From Eimeria praecox (taxonomy: Eukaryota): a stretch of DNA of 64,000 bases. Under the pieces are notes generated by a model. It saw only the letters and a program-made list of their open reading frames with translations, was not told the DNA's origin and ran no database searches. The DNA lies in assembly GCA_963920595.1 (NCBI GenBank), contig OY986949.1:3596001-3660000 (forward strand), given 5' to 3'. Positions 11,101-23,400 of the stretch are shown in pieces; positions within the stretch are counted from its first letter, which is position 1, and the number at the start of each line of letters is the position of its first letter. A program made the translations under genes and the position numbers.

Positions 11101-14100
11101 CCATGAATCTGCCCCAGATTGGCTCACGCGTCACACATTCACGTCTTGCGGTTCCATCTAGCAGCTACTGACTCACCCCTATGGAAAGCCCCACACCAAA
11201 ACAGCTTTGTCTATCCTCCAAACAAAACACACAAACACCCGTGGCAGCGTTCGTCCATGTACAACAACCTGATGCCCACACTCCAACACAACCAGCACCT
11301 GCCAAACCTCTCTCTCTCTGCGCAGGAGCCGCCTGCCCTCCCACCTCCACAACACCCACTTGCTCAGGTTGCTGAAAACCAAGAACAACATAGGCCAGCG
11401 ACCCTGATAAGGAGAAGCTTCGCTCCAAACCAACAGCCATAATCTATTCCCAAAACCACCAGCATGTCACTGTCTACCATGCATCTGCCCCAGATTGGCT
11501 TACGCGTCACACATTCACGTCTTGCGGTTCCATCTAGCAGCTACTGACTCACCCCTATGGAAAGCCCCACACCAAAACAGCTTTGTCTATCCTCCAAACA
11601 AAACACACAAACACCCGTGGCAGCGTTCGTCCATGTGCAACAACCTGATGCCCACACTCCAACACAACCAGCACCTGCCAAACCTCTCTCTCTCTGCGCA
11701 GGAGCCGCCTGCCCTCCCACCTCCACAACACCCACTTGCTCAGGTTGCTGAAAACCAAGAACAACATAGGCCAGCGACCCTGATAAGGAGAAGCTTCGCT
11801 CCAAACCAACAGCCATAATCTATTCCCAAAACCACCAGCATGTCACTGTCTACCATGCATCTGCCCCAGATTGGCTTACGCGTCACACATTCACGTCTTG
11901 CGGTTCCATCTAGCAGCTACTGACTCACCCCTATGGAAAGCCCCACACCAAAACAGCTTTGTCTATCCTCCAAACAAAACACACAAACACCCGTGGCAGC
12001 GTTCGTCCATGTGCAACAACCTGATGCCCACACTCCAACACAACCAGCACCTGCCAAACCTCTCTCTCTCTGCGCAGGAGCCGCCTGCCCTCCCACCTCC
12101 ACAACACCCACTTGCTCAGGTTGCTGAAAACCAAGAACAACATAGGCCAGCGACCCTGATAAGGAGAAGCTTCGCTCCAAACCAACAGCCATAATCTATT
12201 CCCAAAACCACCAGCATGTCACTGTCTACCATGCATCTGCCCCAGATTGGCTTACGCGTCACACATTCACGTCTTGCGGTTCCATCTAGCAGCTACTGAC
12301 TCACCCCTATGGAAAGCCCCACACAAAAACAGCTTTGTCTATCCTCCGAACAAAACACACAAACACCTGTGGCAGCGTCCGTCCATGCACAACAACCTGA
12401 TGCCCCCACTCCAACACAACCAGCACCTGCCAAACCTCTCTCTCTCTCTGCGCAGAAGCCGCCTGTTCTGCCACCTCCACAACACCCACTTGCTGCGGTT
12501 GCTGAAAACCAACAACAAAGTAAGCCAACGACCCTGCTAAGGGAAACCCTCTCTCCAAACCAACAGCCATAATCCATTCCCAAAACCACCAGCATGCCAC
12601 TATCTACCATGCATCTGCCCCAGGTTGCCGCACTCTTCACAAATTCACGTCCTGCGCTTCCATCGACCACTTACTAATTTATGCCTATGGAAAGCCCCAC
12701 ACCAAAACAGCTTTGTCTATCCTCCGAACAAAACACACAAACACCCGTGGCAGCATCCGTCCATGTACAACAACCTGATGCCCACACTCCAACACAGCCA
12801 GCACCTGCCAAACCTCTCTCTCTCTCTGCGCAGGAGCCGCCTGCCCTGCCACCTCCACAACACCCACTTGCTGCGGTTGCTGAAAACCAACAACAAAGTA
12901 AGCCAACGAGCCTGATAAGGGTACGACTCACTCCAAACCAACAGCCATAATCTATTCCCTAAACCACCGGCACGCCACTGTCTACCATGCATCTGCCCCA
13001 GATTGTCGCCTTCTTCCCACAGACTCACGTCCCGCGCTTCCATCGACCACTTACTAATTTATGCCTATGGAACTCCCCACACCAAAACAGCTTTGTCAAT
13101 CCTCCGAACAAAACACACAAACACCCGTGGCAGCGTGCGTCCATGCACAGCAACCTGATGCCCACACTCCAACACAACCAGCACCTGCCAAACCTCTCTC
13201 TCTCTCTGCGCAGGAGCCGCCTAACCTGCCACCTCCACAACACCCACTTGCTGCGGTGGCTGAAAACCAACAACAAAGTAAGCCAACGAGCCTGCTAAGG
13301 GTACGACTCACTCCAAACCAACAGCCATAATATTTTCCCCAAACCACCGCCACGCCACTACCTACCTTGGCAGCGTCCGTCCATGCACAACGCGCTCAAG
13401 CGCACACTCCAACACAACCAGCACCTGCCAAACCTCTCTCTCTCTGCGCAGGAGCCGCCTGCCCTCCCACCTCCACAACACCCACTTGCTCAGGTTGCTG
13501 AAAACCAAGAACAACATAGGCCAGCGACCCTGATAAGGAGAAGCTTCGCTCCAAACCAACAGCCATAATCTATTCCTAAAACCACCAGCATGTCACTGTC
13601 TACCATGCATCTGCCCCAGATTGGCTCACGCGTCACACATTCACGTCTTGCGGTTCCATCTAGCAGCTACTGACTCACCCCTATGGAAAGCCCCGCACCA
13701 AAACAGCTTTGTCTATCCTCCAAACAAAACACACAAACACCCGTGGCAGCGTTCGTCCATGTACAACAACCTGATGCCCACACTCCAACACAACCAGCAC
13801 CTGCCAAACCTCTCTCTCTCTGCGCAGGAGCCGCCTGCCCTCCCACCTCCACAACACCCACTTGCTCAGGTTGCTGAAAACCAAGAACAACATAGGCCAG
13901 CGACCCTGATAAGGAGAAGCTTCGCTCCAAACCAACAGCCATAATCTATTCCCAAAACCACCAGCATGTCACTGTCTACCATGCATCTGCCCCAGATTGG
14001 CTTACGCGTCACACATTCACGTCTTGCGGTTCCATCTAGCAGCTACTGACTCACCCCTATGGAAAGCCCCACACCAAAACAGCTTTGTCTATCCTCCAAA

Positions 14101-17100
14101 CAAAACACACAAACACCCGTGGCAGCGTTCGTCCATGTACAGCAACCTGATGCCCACACTCCAACACAACCAGCACCTGCCAAACCTCTCTCTCTCTCTG
14201 CGCAGGAGCCGCCTGCCCTGCCACCTCCACAACACCCACTCGCTGCGGTGGCTGAAAACCAACAACAAAGTAAGCCAACGAGCCTGCTAAGGGTACGACT
14301 CACTCCAAACCAACAGCCATAATATTTTCCCCAAACCACCGCCACGCCACTACCTACCTTGGCAGCGTCCGTCCATGCACAACGCGCTCAAGCGCACACT
14401 CCAACACAACCAGCACCTGCCAAACCTCTCTCTCTCTGCGCAGGAGCCGCCTGCCCTCCCACCTCCACAACACCCACTTGCTCAGGTTGCTGAAAACCAA
14501 GAACAACATAGGCCAGCGACCCTGATAAGGAGAAGCTTCGCTCCAAACCAACAGCCATAATCTATTCCTAAAACCACCAGCATGTCACTGTCTACCATGA
14601 ATCTGCCCCAGATTGGCTCACGCGTCACACATTCACGTCTTGCGGTTCCATCTAGCAGCTACTGACTCACCCCTATGGAAAGCCCCACACCAAAACAGCT
14701 TTGTCTATCCTCCAAACAAAACACACAAACACCCGTGGCAGCGTTCGTCCATGTACAACAACCTGATGCCCACACTCCAACACAACCAGCACCTGCCAAA
14801 CCTCTCTCTCTCTGCGCAGGAGCCGCCTGCCCTCCCACCTCCACAACACCCACTTGGTCAGGTTGCTGAAAACCAAGAACAACATAGGCCAGCGACCCTG
14901 ATAAGGAGAAGCTTCGCTCCAAACCAACAGCCATAATCTATTCCCAAAACCACCAGCATGTCACTGTCTACCATGCATCTGCCCCAGATTGGCTTACGCG
15001 TCACACATTCACGTCTTGCGGTTCCATCTAGCAGCTACTGACTCACCCCTATGGAAAGCCCCACACCAAAACAGCTTTGTCTATCCTCCAAACAAAACAC
15101 ACAAACACCCGTGGCAGCGTTCGTCCATGTGCAACAACCTGATGCCCACACTCCAACACAACCAGCACCTGCCAAACCTCTCTCTCTCTGCGCAGGAGCC
15201 GCCTGCCCTCCCACCTCCACAACACCCACTTGCTCAGGTTGCTGAAAACCAAGAACAACATAGGCCAGCGACCCTGATAAGGAGAAGCTTCGCTCCAAAC
15301 CAACAGCCATAATCTATTCCCAAAACCACCAGCATGTCACTGTCTACCATGCATCTGCCCCAGATTGGCTTACGCGTCACACATTCACGTCTTGCGGTTC
15401 CATCTAGCAGCTACTGACTCACCCCTATGGAAAGCCCCACACCAAAACAGCTTTGTCTATCCTCCAAACAAAACACACAAACACCCGTGGCAGCGTTCGT
15501 CCATGTACAGCAACCTGATGCCCACACTCCAACACAACCAGCACCTGCCAAACCTCTCTCTCTCTCTGCGCAGGAGCCGCCTGCCCTGCCACCTCCACAA
15601 CACCCACTCGCTGCGGTGGCTGAAAACCAACAACAAAGTAAGCCAACGAGCCTGCTAAGGGTACGACTCACTCCAAACCAACAGCCATAATATTTTCCCC
15701 AAACCACCGCCACGCCACTACCTACCTTGGCAGCGTCCGTCCATGCACAACGCGCTCAAGCGCACACTCCAACACAACCAGCACCTGCCAAACCTCTCTC
15801 TCTCTGCGCAGGAGCCGCCTGCCCTCCCACCTCCACAACACCCACTTGCTCAGGTTGCTGAAAACCAAGAACAACATAGGCCAGCGACCCTGATAAGGAG
15901 AAGCTTCGCTCCAAACCAACAGCCATAATCTATTCCCAAAACCACCAGCATGTCACTGTCTACCATGCATCTGCCCCAGATTGGCTCACGCGTCACACAT
16001 TCACGTCTTGCGGTTCCATCTAGCAGCTACTGACTCACCCCTATGGAAAGCCCCGCACCAAAACAGCTTTGTCTATCCTCCAAACAAAACACACAAACAC
16101 CCGTGGCAGCGTTCGTCCATGTACAACAACCTGATGCCCACACTCCAACACAACCAGCACCTGCCAAACCTCTCTCTCTCTGCGCAGGAGCCGCCTGCCC
16201 TCCCACCTCCACAACACCCACTTGCTCAGGTTGCTGAAAACCAAGAACAACATAGGCCAGCGACCCTGATAAGGAGAAGCTTCGCTCCAAACCAACAGCC
16301 ATAATCTATTCCCAAAACCACCAGCATGTCACTGTCTACCATGCATCTGCCCCAGATTGGCTCACGCGTCACACATTCACGTCTTGCGGTTCCATCTAGC
16401 AGCTACTGACTCACCCCTATGGAAAGCCCCACACCAAAACAGCTTTGTCTATCCTCCAAACAAAACACACAAACACCCGTGGCAGCGTGCGTCCATGTAC
16501 AACAACCTGATGCCCACACTCCAACACAACCAGCACCTGCCAAACCTCTCTCTCTCTCTGCGCAGGAGCCGCCTGCCCTGCCACCTCCACAACACCCACT
16601 CGCTGCGGTGGCTGAAAACCAACAACAAAGTAAGCCAACGAGCCTGCTAAGGGTACGACTCACTCCAAACCAACAGCCATAATATTTTCCCCAAACCACC
16701 GCCACGCCACTACCTACCTTGGCAGCGTCCGTCCATGCACAACGCGCTCAAGCGCACACTCCAACACAACCAGCACCTGCCAAACCTCTCTCTCTCTGCG
16801 CAGGAGCCGCCTGCCCTCCCACCTCCACAACACCCACTTGCTCAGGTTGCTGAAAACCAAGAACAACATAGGCCAGCGACCCTGATAAGGAGAAGCTTCG
16901 CTCCAAACCAACAGCCATAATCTATTCCTAAAACCACCAGCATGTCACTGTCTACCATGAATCTGCCCCAGATTGGCTCACGCGTCACACATTCACGTCT
17001 TGCGGTTCCATCTAGCAGCTACTGACTCACCCCTATGGAAAGCCCCACACCAAAACAGCTTTGTCTATCCTCCAAACAAAACACACAAACACCCGTGGCA

Positions 17101-19422
17101 GCGTTCGTCCATGTGCAACAACCTGATGCCCACACTCCAACACAACCAGCACCTGCCAAACCTCTCTCTCTCTGCGCAGGAGCCGCCTGCCCTCCCACCT
17201 CCACAACACCCACTTGCTCAGGTTGCTGAAAACCAAGAACAACATAGGCCAGCGACCCTGATAAGGAGAAGCTTCGCTCCAAACCAACAGCCATAATCTA
17301 TTCCCAAAACCACCAGCATGTCACTGTCTACCATGCATCTGCCCCAGATTGGCTTACGCGTCACACATTCACGTCTTGCGGTTCCATCTAGCAGCTACTG
17401 ACTCACCCCTATGGAAAGCCCCACACCAAAACAGCTTTGTCTATCCTCCAAACAAAACACACAAACACCCGTGGCAGCGTTCGTCCATGTGCAACAACCT
17501 GATGCCCACACTCCAACACAACCAGCACCTGCCAAACCTCTCTCTCTCTGCGCAGGAGCCGCCTGCCCTCCCACCTCCACAACACCCACTTGCTCAGGTT
17601 GCTGAAAACCAAGAACAACATAGGCCAGCGACCCTGATAAGGAGAAGCTTCGCTCCAAACCAACAGCCATAATCTATTCCCAAAACCACCAGCATGTCAC
17701 TGTCTACCATGCATCTGCCCCAGATTGGCTCACGCGTCACACATTCACGTCTTGCGGTTCCATCTAGCAGCTACTGACTCACCCCTATGGAAAGCCCCAC
17801 ACCAAAACAGCTTTGTCTATCCTCCAAACAAAACACACAAACACCCGTGGCAGCGTCCGTCCATGTACAACAACCTGATGCCCACACTCCAACACAACCA
17901 GCACCTGCCAAACCTCTCTCTCTCTCTGCGCAGGAGCCGCCTAACCTGCCACCTCCACAACACCCACTTGCTGCGGTGGCTGAAAACCAACAACAAAGTA
18001 AGCCAGCGATCCTGCTAAGGGAAACCCTCGCTCCAAACCAACAGCCATAATCTATTCCCAAAACCACCGGCACGCCACTACCTACCACGCATCTGCCCCA
18101 GATTGTCGCCTTCTTCCCACAGACTCACGTCCCGCGCTTCCATCGACCACTTACTAATTTATGCCTATGGAACGCCCCACATAAAAAAAGCTTTGTCTAT
18201 CCTCCGAACAAAACACACAAACACCTGTGGCAGCGTCCGTCCATGCACAACAACCTGATGCCCACACTCCAACACAACCAGCACCTGCCAAACCTCTTTC
18301 TCTCTCTGCGCAGGAGCCGCCTGCCCTGCCACCTCCACAACACCCACTTTCTCCGGTTGCTGAAAACCAACAACAAAGTAAGCCAGCGAGCTTGCTAAGG
18401 ATAAGCGTCTCTCCAAACCAACAGCCATAATCTATTCCCCAAACCACTAGCATGCCACTATCTACCATGCATCTGCCCCAGGTTGCCGCACTCTTCACAA
18501 ATTCACGTCCTGCGCTTCCATCGACCAACCACTAATTTGCGCCTATGGAACGCCCCACACCAAAACAGCTTTGTCAATCCTCCGAACAAAACACACAAAC
18601 ACCCGTGGCAGCGTCCATCCATGCACAACAACCTGATCCGCATACTGTAACACAACCAGCACCTGCCAAACCTCTCTCTCTCTGCGCAGGAGCCGCCTAC
18701 CAAGTCATCTCCACAACACCCACTTGCTGCGGTGGCTGAAAACCAACAACAAAGTAAGCCAACGAGCCTCCTTAGGGCAAGCTGCCTCCAAACCAAAAGC
18801 CATAATCCATTCCCAAAACCACCAGCAGGTAGCTGTCTACCATGCATCTGCCCCAGATTGCCGCACTCTTCCCACAGACTCACATCCCTGCCTCCATCGA
18901 CCACCTACTAATTTATGCCTGTGGAACGCCCCACACAAAAGCAGCTTTGTCTATCCTCCGAACAAAACACACAAACACCTGTGGCAGCGTCCGTCCATGT
19001 GCAACAACCTGATGCCCACACTCCAACACAACCAGCACCTGCCAAACCTCTCTCTCTCTCTGGGCAGGAGCCGCCTGCCCTGCCACCTCCACAACACCCA
19101 CTTTCTCCGGTGGCTGAAAACCAACAACAAAGTAAGCCAACGAGCCTGCTAAGGGTACGAGTCGCTCCAAACCAACAGCCATAATATTTTCCCCAAACCA
19201 CCGCCACGCCACTACCTACCTTGGCAGCGTCCGTCCATGCACAACGCGCTCAAGCGCACACTCCAACACAACCAGCACCTGCCAAACCTCTCTCTCTCTG
19301 CGCAGGAGCCGCCTGCCCTCCCACCTCCACAACACCCACTTGCTCAGGTTGCTGAAAACCAAGAACAACATAGGCCAGCGACCCTGATAAGGAGAAGCTT
19401 CGCTCCAAACCAACAGCCATAA
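1749..19422. repeat. 14 interspersed 238-bp truncated monomers sharing one ~140-bp deletion
   Basis: Units 1749-1986, 3123-3360, 4497-4734, 5493-5730, 6487-6724, 7859-8096, 8845-9082, 9461-9698, 10829-11066, 13331-13568, 14323-14560, 15691-15928, 16683-16920 and 19185-19422 all carry the junction CCTACC/TTGGCAGCGT. Confidence 0.95.
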
Positions 19423-20460
19423 TCTATTCCTAAAACCACCAGCATGTCACTGTCTACCATGCATCTGCCCCAGATTGGCTCACGCGTCACACATTCACGT
19501 CTTGCGGTTCCATCTAGCAGCTACTGACTCACCCCTATGGAAAGCCCCACACCAAAACAGCTTTGTCTATCCTCCAAACAAAACACACAAACACCCGTGG
19601 CAGCGTGCGTCCATGTACAACAACCTGATGCCCACACTCCAACACAACCAGCACCTGCCAAACCTCTCTCTCTCTCTGCGCAGGAGCCGCCTAACCTGCC
19701 ACCTCCACAACACCCACTTGCTGCGGTTGCTGAAAACCAACAACAAAGTAAGCCAGCGATCCTGCTAAGGGAAACCCTCGCTCCAAACCAACAGCCATAA
19801 TCTATTCCCAAAACCACCGGCACGCCACTACCTACCATGCATCTGCCCCAGATTGTCGCCTTCTTCCCACAGACTCACGTCCCGCGCTTCCATCGACCAC
19901 TTACTAATTTATGCCTATGGAACGCCCCACATAAAAAAAGCTTTGTCAATCCTCCGAACAAAACACACAAACACCTGTGGCAGCGTTCGTCCATGCACAA
20001 CAACCTGATGCCCACACTCCAACACAACCAGCACCTGCCAAACCTCTCTGTCTCTCTGCGCAGGAGCCGCCTGGCCTGCCACCTCTACAACACCCACTTG
20101 CTGTGGTGGCTGAAAACCAACAACAACGTAAGCCAGCGACCCTGCTAAGGGCAAGCTTCCATCCAAACCAACAGCCATAATCTATTCCCCACACCACCAG
20201 CAGGTCACTATCTACCATGCATATGCCCCACATTGCCGCACTGTTCGCACATTCAAGTCCTGCGCTTCCATCGACCACCAAATACTTTACGCCTATGGAA
20301 CGCCCCACACCAAAACAGCTTTGTCTATCCTCCAAACAAAACACACAAACACCACTGGCAGCATCCGTCCATGCACAACGCCCTCACGCGCACGCTGTAA
20401 CACAACCAGCACCTGCCAAACCTCTTTCTCTCTCTGCGCAGCAGCCGCCTGCCCTGCCAC

Positions 20461-23400
20461 CTCCACAACACCCACTTGCTGCGGTGGCTGAAAACCAACA
20501 ACAAAGTAAGCCAGCGACCCTGATAAGGGCATACCTCTCTCCAAACCAACAGCCATAATCTATTCCCAAAACCACCAGCACGCCACTATCTACCATGCAT
20601 ATGCCCCAGATTGCCGCACTCCCCACATATTCAAGCCCTGCGCTTCCATTGGCCTCCTACTAATTTACGCCTATGGAACGGCCCACACCAAAACAGCTTT
20701 GCCTATACTCCAAACAAAAAACACAAACACCCGTGGCAGCGTCCGCATAGACACAAACCCCTGACGCGCACAATGCAACACCAACAGCACCTGCCAAACC
20801 TCTCTCTCTGCGCAGGAGCCGCCTAACCTGCCACCTCCACAACACCCACTTGCTGCGGTGGCTGAAAACCAACAACAAATAAGCCAGCGACCCTGATAAG
20901 GGCATACCTCTCTCCAAACCAACAGCCATAATATATTCCCCAAACCACCAGCAGGTCACTATCTACCATGCATATGCCCCACATTGCCGCACTCTCCACC
21001 CATTCAAGCCCTGCGCTTCCATCGACCTCCTACTAATTTACGCCTATGGAACGCCCCACACCAAAACAGCTTTGTCTATCCTCCGAACAAAACACACAAA
21101 CACCCGTGGCAGCGTCCGCATAGACACAAACTCCTAACGCCCGCGCTGCAACACAACCAGCACCTGCCAAACCTCTCTCTCTTTGCGCAGCAGCCGCCTG
21201 CCCTGCCATCTCCACAACACCCACTTGCTGCGGTGGCTGAAAACCAACAACAACGTAAGCCAGCGACGCCCCTAAGGGCGAGCTTCCCTCCAAACCAACA
21301 GCCATAATCTATTCCCAAAAATACCAGCAGGTCACTATCTACCATGCATCTCCGCCACATTGCCGCACTCCCCACACATTCAAGTCCTGCGCTTCCATCG
21401 ACCTCCTACTAATTTAGGCCTATGGAACGCCCCACACCAAAACGGCTTTGTCTATCCTCCAAACAAAACACACAAACACCCGTGGCAGCGTCCGCATAGA
21501 CACAAACCCCTAACGTGCGCACTGCAACACAACCAGCACCTGCCAAACCTCTCTCTCTTTGCGCAGCAGCCGCCTGCCTTGCCACCTCCACAACACCCAC
21601 CTGCTGCGGTTGCTGAAAACCAACAACAGCGTAAGCCAGCGAACCTTCTAAGGGGACGACTCGCTCCAAATCAACAGCCATAATCTATTCCCAAAACCAC
21701 CAGCATGCCACTATCTATCAAGCATCTCCCCCACATTGGCGCACTCTCCACACATTCAAGTCCTGCGCTTCCATTGGCCTCCTACTAATTTAGGCCTATG
21801 GAACGCCCCACACCAAAACAGCTTTGCCTATCCTCCAAACAAAACACACAAACACCCGTGGCAGCGTCCGCATAGACACAAACCCCTGACGCGCACAATG
21901 CAACACCAACAGCACCTGCCAAACCTCTCTCTCTCTGCGCAGGAGCCGCCTAACCTGCCACCTCCACAACACCCACTTGCTGTGGTGGCTGAAAACCAAC
22001 AACAACGTAAGCCAGCGACGCCCCTAAGGCCAAGCTTCCATCCAAACCAACAGCCATAATATATTCCCAAAAATACCAGCAGGTCACTATCTACCATGCA
22101 TCTCCGCCACATTGCCGCACTCCCCACACATTCAAGTCCTGCGCCTCCATCGACCTCCTACTAATTTACGCCTATGGAACGCCCCACACCAAAACAGCTT
22201 TGCCTATCCTCCGAACAAAACACACAAACACCCGTGGCAGCGTCCGCATAGACACAAACCCCTAACGTGCGCACTGCAACACAACCAGCACCTGCCAAAC
22301 CTCTCTCTCTTTGCGCAGCAGCCGCCTGCCCTCCCACCTCCACAACACCCACTTGCTGCGGTGGCTGAAAACCAACAACAAAGTAAGCCAGCGACCCCGC
22401 TAAGGGCATACCTCTCTCCAAACCAACAGCCATAATATATTCCCCAAACCACCAGCATGCCACTAGCTACCATGCATCTGCCCCAGATTGTCGCACTCTT
22501 CCCACAGACTCACGTCCCGCTCTTCCATCGACCAACCACTAATTTACGCCTAAGGAACGCCCCACACAAAAACAGCTTTGCCTATCCTCCGAACGAAACA
22601 CACAAACACCCGTGGCAGCGTCCGTATAAGCACTAACCCCTAACGTGCGCACTGCAACACAACCAGCACCTGCCAAACCTCTCTCTCTTTGCGCAGCAGC
22701 CGCCTGCTCTGCCAACTCCACAACACCCACTTGCTGCGGTGGCTGAAAACCAACAACAACGTAAGCCAGCGACCCTGATGAGGGCACGACTCGCTCCAAA
22801 CCAACAGCCATAATCTATTCCCAAAACCACCAGCAGGTCACTATCTACCATGCATATGCCCCAGATTGGCTCACGCTTCACACATTCACGTCTTGCGGTT
22901 CCATCTAGCAACTACTAATTCAAGCCTATGGAACGCCCCACACCAAAACAGCTTTGCCTATCCTCCGAACCAGACACGCAAACACCACTGGCAGCGTCAT
23001 TCCATGCACAACGCCCTCACATGCCATCCATCTGCCCCAGATTGCCGCACTCCGAACCTCTCTCTCTCTTTGCGCAGCAGCCGCCTGCCCTGCCACCTCC
23101 ACAACACCCACTTGCTGTGCTGGCTGAAAATCAACAACAACGTAAGCCAGCGACCCTGCTAAGGGCATGCCTCTCTCCAAACCAACAGCCATAATCTATT
23201 CCCAAAACCACCAGCAGGTCACTATCTGCCATGCATATGCCCCAGATTGCCGCACTCCCCACACATTCAAGTCCTGCGCTTCCATCGACCACCAAATAAT
23301 TTACGCCTATGGAACGCCCCACACCAAAACAGCTTTGTCTATCCTCCAAACAAAACACACAAACACCCGTGGCAGCGTCCGTATAGGCACTAAGCCCTAA

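Larger units (their letters stand above)
1..20150. repeat. Satellite subfamily domain A (376-382 bp monomers plus 238-bp truncated monomers)
   Basis: Diagnostic variants: AACAACCTGATGCCCACACTCC body, CATGCATCTG head, GGAAAGCCCC, GGGTACGACTCACTCC and GGAGAAGCTTCG. The 238-bp monomer is found only here. Right boundary is approximate. Confidence 0.9.

Noticed and set aside
22633..22644. Telomere-like CTAACCCCTAAC (reverse GTTAGGGGTTAG) in S-type monomers
   Set aside because: Under two repeat units, confined to one monomer type, and expected by chance in C/A-rich sequence.
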